The position numbers were made by a program, and so were the translations under genes. Positions 21,751-33,764 of a stretch of DNA of 42,556 nt are shown here, piece after piece. This DNA comes from Chiloscyllium plagiosum. Lineage: Eukaryota. Each line of letters begins with the position of its first letter. Position 1 is the first letter of the stretch. Below the pieces are notes generated by a model. That model searched no databases. It had not been told where the DNA came from and saw only the letters and a program-made list of their open reading frames with translations. The stretch covers positions 9,133,646 through 9,176,201 of the forward strand of contig NC_057720.1 in assembly GCF_004010195.1 (NCBI RefSeq). Direction: 5' to 3'.

Positions 21751-22565
21751 CTAGGTCTGTCCTCCTGTTGGGACAGGACGTATCCAGGGATAGTGATGGT
21801 GGTGTATGGGACATTGTCTGTAAGGTATGATTCTGGGAGCATGACTATGTCAGGCTATTGTTTGACTTGTCTTCGAGACAGCTCTCCCAATTTTGGCACT
21901 AGCCCCAAGATGTTAGTGAGGAGGACCCTGCACGGTCAACAGGGCTGTTTCTGCCATTAATTTTCCTGGTGCCAAGGGCAATGTCAGGTGATCCATCTTG
22001 TTTCATTTCTTTGAGATATTGTCCTGATTGATACAACAGAGTGTCTCGTTAGGCCAATTCAGAGAGCAGTTGAGAGTCAACCACATTGCTGTGGGTCTGG
22101 AGTCACATGTAGGCCAGACATGATGAGATTGTCAGATTTCCTTTACTGCAGGATATTTATGAGCCAGATGGGTTTAAGTTTATGTACAAACATCACAAAG
22201 AACTAATGGGGAGATGTATATCTAATTTTAAAGCTAAATAAAGGTTGTGTTTGGCTGAAGGAGGTTGAATCCAAATGGGATGGACATTAGACAATACTCA
22301 CATTTTGAAGTATTGTGTTTACATCAGGGAATACATTCTGAAGGGCATATTGGTTTTTTTTAATCAGTCACTGTCTCTGTTTAACGGAGTCACTATAGTC
22401 AGTTGGATGGTGCGTATGCTATACAACATCATCTGTAAGGACAGAACCAAACTATTTAAGTCTATAATATCATTGCCTTTTAAATCATGTTGTAAATATA
22501 TTTCAAGATATTTGGCTAAAGAAAATAAACAGTGTGATATATGTTATTGAGACTAATACATTATG

Positions 22566-22774
22566 CAGGTAATTCTGCTATTATGCAGTTGTTGCATTCT
22601 CATGTGACCCCACACTGCTCAAAAATCACACAATACAAAGTGTTGGAGATGTAATTGCACTATGGCCAACACACACTTTAAAAATTCGAGTTTTAGAAAA
22701 AGCGTTCTCTGTTCACCCAATCGCGTTATAGCCAATTTGCGTTAACAACAGACATGTTATAGCAGGATTACTTG
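22566..22774. mobile_element. Tc1/mariner (Tigger-like) MITE
   Basis: TIRs CAGGTAATTCTGCTAT / ATAGCAGGATTACTTG, followed by TA. Confidence 0.75.
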
Positions 22775-24303
22775 TAAAGCATAAAAGGGAATCACTTGAA
22801 AACAGAAGAGTTGGAAACTGTTTCTCCTGAAGTTCAGAACTTGGGCCACAGGCGTTAAGAATGAGACTTTTAACTGAGAGAGAGAATGAGACGAAGATTC
22901 GGGGTAATGCCACACAAAAGGCAAATTCTACAATTTGTAGAAATCTACAATTCTCTCCCCAAAAGATCAAACAAGTGTTAAAAAAGGATCAAAGGATCTT
23001 TTGGTAGTCGAAGTGTGATAGTGAGTAGACTCAATGTGGAACAGGCTCAATGGGCTGATTGGTCTCCACTTCTCCATCTGCTGCTGTACCTGCCTTAACC
23101 AAATGGAGCATGCTCTCAGGGAGCCCTGTAAATAACCACACACTCTAGAAAACTCTTACAAATATCAATGGAGCTCCCTATACTAATTTCCAAAAGATAG
23201 TCTCAACCATTTATTAAAGCTGCCCCACCATAGCAGATATGAAATGTTTAATCAATGCATAAACCAAAAAAATGTACATAGCATGGGTTAAGAAAAATAA
23301 CAATGGAATGGAGTGCAAAGTTCTCAAGTAACTACAAACATGATGCATGATATTTCTGTCCCAGACATACGTGGATAATTCTGGAGACCCCACATCAACA
23401 AAGGGACTTAATATGACCATGTAAGATTGCACAATGTATTATATCAACACATCTTTCTCTACAGTCATGCTGTTATGAACACTCAGAGCTACAAGAGATC
23501 AATTCGCGTTGCAAATCTAATATCAAAACTTTTCAAGAGTCTGGGGAGAGCTACCAGGATGGAAAATACATTAGATGGTAGACCTTGAAATATTGGATGT
23601 ATTTTGATTTAATTTTCGAACAGGTTGTTTATCATTTTCAGATTTAAATGTTGCTACATCTGCACAACCAATTTTGTCAGGCACAAAGACAGGAAAACAT
23701 ATTGTTCTATTTCATTTGTAGGGAATGAGCTTTCTGAACACAAAGAGCAATGTGTTGAGAATTCTTTCATTTTAAACGTAGGTTTTAAAAATCCTTGCAA
23801 GTAGATAACTGCATCCACATCAAATATCCAACAATGTTACAGAATTTTACAGCACAAAGGTGACCATTTAGCCCATTATGTCAGTGACAGCACTTTGGAA
23901 AAATTATCCAATTTGTCCCGTTCCCTGCTCTCTCTCTGCAGACTGCTTTTTTCTTCCTTTTGAGTACACAATAAATCCTCTGTTGAAAGCTAACATTACT
24001 CCTGCCAATGATTCAGGCAACGCATCCCAAAAGTTTCCCATTGTCTTATAAAATTACATTGAATTTGTATCAAAGGATCCAGACATTCAACCCCAGTAGT
24101 GGTACCAGTCTATTATGCACTCCACGAATCCTTTCCCACCCCATTAATTCCCAACCCTATCAATGTGTCCTTCTATTACTTTCTCCTTGATGCACTTTCC
24201 TAGCTTTCCATGAAATATATCTGGGCTATTTGCCTCAGGCGCTTCTTGTGATAACAAGTTCCATATTTTCACCACTCTCTACACTCTACACCACACTCAC
24301 TGT

Positions 24304-24610
24304 GGGGCGGCACAGTGGCTAGCACCGTTGCCTCACATCACCAGGGACCTGGGTTCGGTTCCTGCCTTGGGCGACTATCCATGTGGAGTTTGTGCATTCT
24401 CTCTGAGTCTGTGTGGGTTTCCTCTCTATGTTCCAGTTTCCTCCCACAGTCCAAAGATGTGCAGGTCTGGTGATTGGTCATGCTAAATTGCCAATAGTAT
24501 TAAATGCATTAGTCAGACGGAAATGGATTTGGATGGGTTATTCTTCAGAGGATCAGGGTGGACTTGTTGGGCCGGAGAGCCTGGTTCCACACTGTAGGGA
24601 ATCTAATCTA
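24304..24610 (+). mobile_element. HE1-type V-SINE
   Basis: 'ggggcggcacagtggct...gggttcggttcc...tttcctcccacagtccaaagatgtgcagg...tgtagggaatctaatcta'. Confidence 0.9.
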
Positions 24611-24612
24611 GG

Positions 24613-24946
24613 AGGAGGTGATGCCTAGTGGTACTATCGCTGGACTCTTAATCCAAACATCCAGGTAATGGTCTGGGGTCCTGCGTTCAAATCCTACCAT
24701 GGCAGATGGTGAAAACTGAATTTGATAAATATCTGGAAATAAGAGTCTAATGATGACCATGAATCCATTACCAATTGTTGGGAAAAATCCATCTGGTTCT
24801 CTCTGTCCTTTAGGGAAGGAAACTGCCATCCTCAGCGGGTCTACATGTGACTCCAGACCTACAGCAATGTGATTTATTCTTAACTTCCCTCTGGGCAATA
24901 AATGCTGGCCTAGCCAACAATGCCCTCATCCAGTGAATGAATTAAA
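24613..24946 (+). mobile_element. tRNA-derived SINE (same family as 5589-5925)
   Basis: B box gttcaaatcc, 'ctacatgtgactccagacc', and the tail 'gggcaataaatgctggcctagcc...gaatgaattaaa'. Confidence 0.82.
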
Positions 24947-25971
24947 CCTCTCTACTGCCATTTCTTCATCAGGATGATGAGTCTCATCTGCCGTGTCATA
25001 GGGAGCTGGGAACTTTCCAGACCAAAACTAACTGAACAGCAGCATCACCTTCTCAAGGGCAACTGTCTGGTCAGTCAGTCAACACCCACATTGCCCACAA
25101 AAGAAAGATCCCTGGAGTGAATGTGTTTCAGTGACATGGGCGGGCTAGCGTTCTGGGAGATGCAGTGACTCGGGTATCCCACAAAGAATGTTGAGATCAG
25201 CCACCATGACTGATCTGCACTAAGCTGCTGTGATACTAAATAAAGTATCAAATCTTGGGTAGCAGCCCGAAGCAATTTGAGCAGTGTAGCCGAGTGAATC
25301 GCTTGTTTTATTTATATAAAGGAACAGATCCTGTCTTTGATCAAAGGATCAAATTGATTTTCTTCTTTGATTTTTGTCAGCAGCATCATTCCTTTAATCG
25401 AGAAGAGATTTGCACATTCTGAAGAGTCATACATTCCTTACAGGTGTACAAAGTGCTTCTACATTCTCAGTTACAGATTGTATTCATTACCTGTAGTTTT
25501 ACTTTTCATTGAGTGGATGTGTGAAGAATTGTTAAGTTTTTCTTGGACCTGGCAATGGAACAGTAATTGAGGTGCTGGTTGTGACAACAAAGGAGTTAAA
25601 AGCAGAAAGTGTTTGAAGTATCTTGAAGGTTCTTTGAAATGCTAATGTTTGATGATAATCAGAGTTTCCATATCTGTCTCTGTTCTGAGACAGATTGCAC
25701 TGACGCTGCAGTAGACTTCAACGAGGATAGATTTGTTGGAAATTTGGAGCAACAGCTGTCAATTCAGCCCCTTGTGCCTGCTCCCTTATTCAACTAAATC
25801 CTTCCCGAATTTTGTTTTAGCATCATCCATCCAATTTGTTTCCAATTTGTTCTTAAACCAAACTGCCAAGCTGAAATTTCCAATTGACCCCTTCAGATTT
25901 GAAATTCTCTTCTTAGATACCAAGCCATGGCGATGTCAAATCTTGACAACCACAGCATCAAGGGGAATTTT

Positions 25972-26165
25972 AACAAAAAAAAACCCGAAGTACTGCAGAA
26001 GCTGGAAATCAGAAGTTGCTGGGAATACTCAGCAAGTGTGGCAACATCTGTGGAGAGAGAAACAGGGGTCAACGTTTCGAGTCCAGTGATTCTTCTTCGA
26101 AGCTTTCTCTCCACAGATGCTGCCAGACCTGCTGAGTTTTCCCGGCAGTTTCTGCATTTTTGATG
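25972..26165. mobile_element. Decayed PLE fold-back (type D)
   Basis: Inverted arms 'actcagcaag..tggcaacatctgtggagaga' / 'tctctccacagatgctgccagacctgctgagt'. Decayed hammerhead on the - strand '..gaagaagaatcactggactcgaaacgtt'. Confidence 0.75.
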
Positions 26166-26299
26166 CAAGGAATATTTCATTGTTCATGATTTCATCAGAG
26201 AGAAGGCTGGATTTTACAGCAGCAGGTCGATAGGCTGCATTTACCCCATCATGGTGTATTTTACCACAGTGTGGTAAAATACAGTGTGATGAACGTATG

Positions 26300-26805
26300 G
26301 AATCATAGAGATGTACAGCACGGAAACAGACCCTTCAGTCCAACTTGTCTATGCTGACCAGGTATCCCAACCCAATCTAGTCCTGTGTGCCAGCACCCAG
26401 CCCATATCCCTCCAAACTCTTCCTATTCATACATCTATCCAGATGCCTTTTAAATGTTGCAATTGTACTAGCCTCCATCACTTCCTCTGGCAGCTCATTC
26501 CATACATGTTCCACCTTCTGTGTGAAAAAGTTGCCCCTGAGGTCTCTTTTATATCTTTCCCCTCTCACCCTAAACCTATGCTTTCTAGTTCTAGATCCCC
26601 CCCCATCCAGGGAAGAGGCATTGTCTATTTATCCTATCCATGCCCCTCATGATTTTATAAACCTCTATAAGGTCACCCCTCAGCCTCAGATGCTCCAGGG
26701 AAAACAGCCCAAGCCTATTCAACTTTTCCCTGTAGCTCAAACCCTCCAACCCTGGCAACATCCTTGTAAATCTTTTCTGAACCCTTTCAAGTTTCACAAC
26801 ATCTT
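26300..26805 (-). mobile_element. CR1 (HER1-like) 3' fragment
   Basis: ORFs 26591-26797 (LERVQKRFTRMLPGLEGLSY) and 26377-26568. Confidence 0.92.
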
Positions 26806-27502
26806 TATTTGTGAGATGTTTTGTTTGCCAGCTGGCCTAGCATTTATTGCTCATCCCTAGATGACAGAGATACATACAGTCATACAGCAGCTACCTGTTT
26901 GAACTGCTACAGTAATGATGGTGCCAGCATTACATCTTCATCACAGCAGTGTCCAAAATTGGATAAGGCCAGCAAGTGTGGAAATATCCACTTTGAACAG
27001 ATTCATTAACAAGCTACTGTGCTCCTTAATGAGCCAATTGTCTGTAAGTTTTGCTGTCTACTGTATTTTCCAGGTGTTAGATGTGTGAAGGTTGAGGGTT
27101 TATTCTGTCAAATATGATGAAGGAGATGCAAGGGTGGGAGAAATCACTAGTCGCCACGACCATGGACGAATGTTCCTGCAATTCTGCAGGTGAAGGAGAG
27201 ATGAGTCCACACTTTATTTAAACATTTTTCAGCTTCTTTCAGACATCGATTAAACTTACAGAGAAATTAAAAGAACAGAGACGCTTTAAATTTGTAGCCA
27301 TTACTGACTTGCTGTTTGGATCTCTATGCTGTACCGGCGTATACACCCAATTGGCAATGTGACACCCCCACACCCAGTCATTAGCCCTGCTGCCAGAGAG
27401 CCAGGAATTGACCATCCAGCCCATGGTTAGCCATGCTGAGATGATGGAGTGCGAGTCAGAGACACCACTCAGCTCATATGCTACTACCTCATTCCACCAT
27501 AA

Positions 27503-28078
27503 GACCTAACTAACTGTAGACCTAACCTGTTCCTCCAAGAGACATCACTATGCCTAACTCTAACCCGGAACCTAACCCTATCGCTACCTCTCCCATTCCA
27601 GTGAGAGACATAACTAAGCTGAACCGTAACCAGAAGCCAAATCCTAGCCCTAATCCTAACCCAGCCCAAAGACTAACCTAGTCCTACCCCAACCCCAACC
27701 TAAACCCTACTGAACCCATCTGTAGCCCTCACCCTAACCTTAGCCCCTCAGAACCCACACCATAACCATGACCCAGTCCTTAGGCCTAATCCTAACCCTA
27801 ATCCTCACCACAATCCTAACCCTAGCCCTAACCCTTCCCTGAAGAAGGTTTCCTGAAGAAGGGCTCATTACCGAAACATCGATTCTCCTGCTCCTTGGAT
27901 GCTGCCTGACCTGCTGCGCTTTTCCAGCAACACATTTTCAGCTCTATTCCTAACCCTAGCCCTAACTCTAGCCGTAATCCTAATCCTAACCCTAGCCCTA
28001 GCTCTAACCCTTCCCTTACCCAAACCTTAACTATAACTCTCACCCTAAATCTAACTCTAACCCTCACCTAAACCCTAG
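27503..28078 (-). repeat. Degenerate interstitial telomere-like (TTAGGG-like) hexamer array
   Basis: Many CCCTAA/CCCTAG/TCCTAA/CTCTAA hexamers in phase, e.g. 'cctaatcctaaccctaatcc' and 'cctaaccctagccctagctctaaccc'. Confidence 0.8.
27838..27945 (+). mobile_element. PLE terminal fragment (type B) with a decayed hammerhead (27853-27880)
   Basis: 'cctgaagaagggctcattaccgaaacatcgattctcctg...ttttccagcaacacattttcagctc' matches 9020-9112. Confidence 0.88.
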
Positions 28079-29382
28079 TTTATCAACTCAATTTGAATCT
28101 GATACTTTTACAGAAACACTGGAGATCCTTCCCCACTGACCTTCAAACTAAGTTTGAGGCATCCTTTTTGTTCACCTCAGACAGAGTTCCAGTTTAGAGT
28201 GTCATCTGGATGATGGCATCTCTGATAGTGCACATCAATGTCATGATGCCTGAGGTCATGATGGTCAACAGGTCATGATGGCATTTTAAGCTTGTCGTGG
28301 GGCACTGGTGGGTAGGTTGGACTCCACTCAGGACGAAAGTTGACAGCCAGCAGTCTGTTAAGAAGCGTACCATGCAATAATGGTGGACTGTAGGACTAAT
28401 GGGACTTCTGCCCCTCTGTGAGATGATGTCCCAGCTTCTGCAGCACCGTAGCCTGATTGTGGACAGTACTAGGACTGCAAGGCAACCCAAAAAGAAGATC
28501 CAATGGATATCCAGACACAGATAAGTCAGAAACATGGTTCCGAGCGAGTTCGAACATCTTCAGAAGGTGTTGATGCAAAAGGGTGGGCTTAAAAGTCTAT
28601 TCGGGGAGAAAGGAACAGGTGCACTATCTTCTTGAGAGGAATCCATCCCAATGTAAATACTGTTCCCTCCTGCTGTTTTGTCCATATTTTAAAAAAATGG
28701 CTGTCCATCTCTCATGCCAACCTTGCCATAGTAAGGGAAAATAATGTTGGAGATGATTTAGCTTTCAACAAATACAATTTACCCACAATTATTTATTTAA
28801 ACGTGCCAGGCAAGCTGGCTATGTTAAGGGGGTCAGCCAGGTTGTCAGTGTAGTACCTTGGGGCTATTTTACATGCCCCACCTTCATAAACACACACAAA
28901 AGATCCAATCCCAGATCCCATAGTGGACTCAAGTCTGTAATCATTATAAGCCAAGAAATATCTTTAGGAACATTGAAAATCAATACTCAAGGTCAAACAA
29001 CTTACTAAGATATGGTTCAGCTCCATGGTGGGCATGAAGCAGAGTGAAGGTGCCCTTATGTGGTTAGTTTAGACATAGTGCTGCTCAAATAGGAAAGAGT
29101 CTTGAGAGACCTGAAGAGAGGTAGGTATTTCAATTCCCAGCTGAAAAAAAATGAATGCTCAGTATTAGATAACATGTAGATAGTATGGCAAAACTATCTG
29201 CAATCTGATCGATACTGTCTGTGGGTAATCTAATTGATGTGGCAACAAGAGTGAAAATTGCTTTTGTTAAGGACAATGTAAAACGTATGATTACAGATCA
29301 CTGCAATTTTATTTTTGTAGAATGATCACTGCTCATTTTCTGTGAAATGGATACTAAAATATCTCAAATTATGACTGGAATG

Positions 29383-29498
29383 CTGAAGGAGGGTCACTGA
29401 GAGTCACTGAAGGAGGGTCACTGAGAGTCACTGAAGGAGGGTCACTGAATGTTGCTGAAGGAGGGTCACTGAGACTCACTGATGAAGGGTCACATGAG
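29383..29498 (+). repeat. 24-bp minisatellite, ~4.7 copies (ctgaaggagggtcactgagagtca)
   Basis: Units start at 29383, 29407, 29431, 29455 and 29479. Confidence 0.9.
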
Positions 29499-29654
29499 CA
29501 TTGATGTTGTCAATATAAATTACAAATGAGGCATTAAATAACAGATGAGACAAAGATAGATCTCACAGATTTGCTGAAATACTTTCAGCCACAAAGTCTT
29601 TCCAGCTGCTGAACCCCTGAACAGTTAGTCAGTGACAGTCCCAACTAACAGGAG

Positions 29655-29792
29655 TTCCATGGATGTGAGAGGAAACCCACACAGACATGGAGAGAACATG
29701 CAAACTCCACACAGACAGTCTCTGAGGGTGAAATCAAACCCAGACCCTGGCTCTATGAGGCAGCAGTGCTAACCACTGAACCACAGTGCCAC
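29655..29792 (-). mobile_element. V-SINE 5' fragment
   Basis: 'catgcaaactccacacagacagtc...gaggcagcagtgctaaccactga'. Confidence 0.8.
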
Positions 29793-30224
29793 ATGGATGA
29801 TGCCCATTCAGAGAACCAGTGCAAACATAATGGGACAAATAGCCTTCACCTGGACTGTAACAAATCCATGATTCTGACATGAAATTTTGTACATTGGTTT
29901 TCTATTTGGTGTTTAGTTGATTTGCTGGTCTTCACTGAGATCATAACAAAAAGACCATGATCAGTGCAATGAGCCCATTGTACAAGAGAATAGGTTTATT
30001 AATAATCTGACTTTTTTGGCGAGAACTTCAGAAGAAACAATAAGAAATGATGCAGAAGTTGGGAACAAAACATGGGATCAATGTTGTTGCCAAAGAATAT
30101 GGTCACTCCCACAAAATATACGAATAACAATAATTTACATTTGCAAAATAACCTTAAGACAATAAAACAGCCAAAGGAGGGAGTCAAAATTGTAAATTTT
30201 ATCTCCTAACTCTACAACCTCCAA

Positions 30225-30515
30225 CACCTAGAAAGACAAGAATAACAGATACATGGGTACACCACCACTTGCAAGTTCACCTCCCAGCCACTCACATCCT
30301 GACTGGGAAATATATTGCCATTCCTTCACTGTCACCGGGTCAAAATCCTGGAATTTCTTCCCTAGTGGCATGGAGCACCAACCCACAGCAGGTGGACTGC
30401 AGCGGTTCAAGAAGGCAGCTCACTACCACCTTCTCAAGGGGCAATTATGGACGGGCAAGAAATGTTGGTACAGCCAGCGATGCCCACATCCCACAAGTGA
30501 ATGTATAAAAAAAAC
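30225..30515 (+). mobile_element. 3' end of the second CR1-clade family (a shorter inverse copy lies at ~30588-30700)
   Basis: GSKSWNFFP...GGLQRFKKAAHYHLLKG, followed by the 3' tail and poly-A. Confidence 0.8.
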
Positions 30516-30771
30516 ACAACCCACAAATTCCCCTCCAAGCCACAAACAACGATGATTTTTTTTTTGGTAAAATATTACTAGGATTACTAGGATGTTGACG
30601 TCTCTGGTGAGGCCAAAGTTTATGTCCCATCCCTGCTTGCACCTTGAGAAGGTGGTGGGGAGCTCCCTTCTTGAACTACTGCTGCCCATTTGGTGCAATA
30701 GTTGCTGCGCACAAAAGTTGGAGTCCCAGAAAAATTAGTCCTCACTCATTAATTATGTAACAAACTTCAAA

Positions 30772-33032
30772 GCTGGTGACTTCAACCAAGCCAAACTCAA
30801 GATTGTGCTACCAAGACACCATCAACGCATCTCCTGCCCCAACACAAGTCAGAACGTCCCTGACTATTGCCATACAGCTTTCAAAGATGTCTACTACTCC
30901 ATTCCCCACCCACATTTTGATAAATCAATTGATCAGACTGCACTCCTTCTCCCAGCATGCATGGAGAAAGTGAAGTGTGAGTACAGCAAGTCATATAGTG
31001 CTGGTCTGATGTAATAGATGAGTTTCTACATGACTGCTTGGAGTCCCTGGACTGGGTCATATGCAAGAGCTCAGCGGCCAACCTAACTGAATATGCCATT
31101 ACTGTCACAGACATCATCCGTGAGTATGTAAAAGTTAATCTGAGTGTTTCCCAACCGGAAACCAGGGATAAACTAGAAAAGTGCCAGTCCTAGCGAAGTT
31201 CTGGTCTGAGCGGTACAAGTCAGGCGACCCTGACCTAGACAGGAAACCAAGGACAATCTTCACAAAGCCATCAGGGATGCCAAGAGACAATACCAGAATA
31301 GAGTCCCAGTCTAACCACACGGATACATGTTGCCTGTGACAAGGCTTACATGATGTAAGGGGCGACAAATCAAAGTCGAGTCAAATCACTGAGAATACAC
31401 CCCTCCCACATGAGCTCAATGCATTCTACGTTCATTTTGAACAGAAGGTCAGTGAAATGATGTCACCTGCCTGGATAATCTCAGGTGAACCGGAACCCAC
31501 CATCACTGTCACAGACATGAAGTCGGCCTTCTTGAGAGTGAGCCCATGGAAAGTGACTGGCTGGCTGCAGTCCTGTGCAGACCAGTTGGTGGGAATACTC
31601 ACTGACACCTTTAACCTCTCCTTCGTCTGATGTGAGGTTCCCACCTGCTTCAAGAAGACCACCATCATCCCGGTGCCAAAGAAAAATCAGGCAATGTGCC
31701 TGAATGACTACCACCTGGTGGCTCCGACCACCATCGCTAGGAAATGTTTCAAGAGGTTAGTCATGTCGCACATCAACTCCAGCCTCCCAGATTGTCTTGA
31801 TCCACTACAATTTACTTACCGTTGCAATAAGTCTGCAGTAGGTGCTATCTCCTACGCCCTAGACTCATCCCTGGAATATCTAGATAACAAGGATACCTTC
31901 GTCAGACTTTGCGTTATTGGCTTTACCTCAGCCTTCAACAGCATAATTCCAACCAAACTCATCTCCAAACTCCAAGACCTAAGACTCTGCAGCCCTGTCT
32001 AGATCCTTGACTGGATCCTTGACTTCCTGACCCACAAACTGCAATCAGTAAGATTAGGTAACAACACCTCTTCCACAATAATCCTCAACACTAGTTCCCA
32101 CAAAGCTGTGTACTCACCCCTCACTATAGTCATTATACATGCATGGCACTCACTACATTTACAAATTTGCTGATGACACTACCATACTGGCTCAGATCTC
32201 AAACAATGATGAGCCAAAGTGTAGGAAGAGGATAGACAGCTTCATGAGATGGTGTAAAGACAACAATCTCTCCCACAATGTCAGCAAAATGAAAGAGCTG
32301 GTCATCGATTTCAGGAAGTGGAGTGGAGGACTGGTCATCAACTTTGGGATGTGGAGTGGAGGACATGCCTATGTGTATATCAATGGAGGTGGATGAGAGC
32401 TTCAAGTTCCTGGGAGTAAATAGCACCAACAATCTGCCTTGGTCCATCCCCGTCAATGCTGTAGTCAAGAAAGCACACCAATGCCTCAACTTCCTCAGAA
32501 GACCAAGGAAAATCAGCATGTCCACAATGACTCTGATCAATTTTGATAGATATACCATAGAAAGCATTCTAGCCACATGCATCACAATTCAGTATGCCAA
32601 CTGCTCTTGGAATCTATAGATCGCTGTGAACGCAGCTCAGCGCATTACAAAAACCAGCCTTCCATCCATTGACTCCATCTGCACTTCCTGCTACATCAGG
32701 AAAGCAGCCAACATCAACAAAGACCCCTCCCATCCCAGTTATACTCTCTCCCACACTCTTCCATCGGATGAAAGATGCTAAAGTTTGAAAACATGTACTA
32801 ACAGATTCAAGAACAGCTTCTTCCCCACTTAAATCAGACTTACGAATGCCCCTCTCATAGATTCAAATTGATCTTTCTCTGCAACTTCTCTGTCGCTATA
32901 ACACTGCATTCTGCATTCTGTTCTATTACCCCGATGCATTTACGTATGGAATGATTTGTCTGGACAGCATGCAAAACAATACTTTTCACTGTATCCTGAT
33001 ACATGTGGCAATAATAAATCAAATCAAATCAA
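30772..33032 (+). mobile_element. Rex1/Babar-type LINE (part of APE + RT), decayed
   Basis: AGDFNQA at the start, [16 protein letters not shown]...[21 protein letters not shown], and FKFLGV. The 3' end is 'cttttcactgt...aataataaatcaaatcaaatc'. Confidence 0.9.
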
Positions 33033-33329
33033 CTTGATGAACCTTTTACATGCCCATCCAATCGAACAAGTGAGGTGTAACAATACAGTGACCTGGTGAA
33101 TGGATTTCAGCTAAGTTCCTGGCACAGAAAGAAGGAAAGGAAGAGAACTGGGAGTGGATTAGATAATGTTCTGTGGAGCCAGAAGCTGTTCCTGGTATGT
33201 TTACAATTTATGTAGGGCTCCTAATTTATGCATTATGGAATTACTCTGAATTATGAATTCCAATCCAAGATTCCACATTAAGATTATGCTTAAGAATTCA
33301 AGATGCAAATATTGACAAATACTTATTAT

Positions 33330-33422
33330 TTTATATTGTACAGTATTGTGTCTGACGTGCATAGAAATTGACTTACAAATGTACATAGGAACAGAATCCG
33401 ATTGTAACCCGGGGACTGCCTG
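33330..33422 (-). mobile_element. Tigger/mariner-like MITE terminal fragment
   Basis: The reverse strand begins CAGGCAGTCCCCGGGTTAC...GTTCCT...TTTGTAAGTC, resembling Tigger-like TIRs. Confidence 0.5.
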
Positions 33423-33764
33423 AAAATGTTTGTGTTTGTTTTTATCTGGTGGTGGCTGCTTACTGAGCTGAACCTGCAAACAGGGCGCCTGAATTTGTCA
33501 GGGTCTCCCTGCATAATGGTCTTAATGGCCCCTCGGTAGCAGAGGTCAGAGCTCGAAATATTCATCAAAAAGTTGTCTGGTGCAATCTTGGATTGTCCAC
33601 ATTCCTGGTAACTTTGGCACACTGTACCTGTTGCGCCAAAACCAGGGCTTGTGCCTTTTTCTTTCGCTAGTCATCCATGGGATGTGGACATCGCTGTTCA
33701 GGCCAGTATTTGTTGCCCTGTCCTTGAACTGAGTGACATTACTGTGGGTTAAGCAAGGATAATA

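Larger units (their letters stand above)
15135..22050 (-). mobile_element. Long decayed CR1-clade LINE (APE endonuclease + RT) hosting at least six nested insertions
   Basis: RT motif NYHPISLLSIISKVMEGVIN (17063-17269), QDLDNIQAWAD, and linker KPGDQTWFNGEC. The endonuclease motif VLWVGDFNAHHQEW is reconstituted across 20487-20500 and 19700-19749. Confidence 0.85.

Noticed and set aside
22508..22575. Apparent exon ending in CAG|GTAATT
   Set aside because: The donor-like motif is the left TIR of the MITE at 22566-22774.
23465..23580. Good acceptor (atctttctctacag) followed by two short open frames
   Set aside because: No convincing donor, no recognisable peptide, and no partner exons.
27484..28067. 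RVRVRV / GLGLGL low-complexity ORFs
   Set aside because: These are translations of the TTAGGG-like hexamer array.
29383..29498. CRISPR-like array
   Set aside because: Contiguous tandem units with no unique spacers, in eukaryotic DNA.
33370..33425. Apparent minus-strand exon (ttttcag|...|gtaagt)
   Set aside because: The sequence resembles a Tigger-like terminal repeat.
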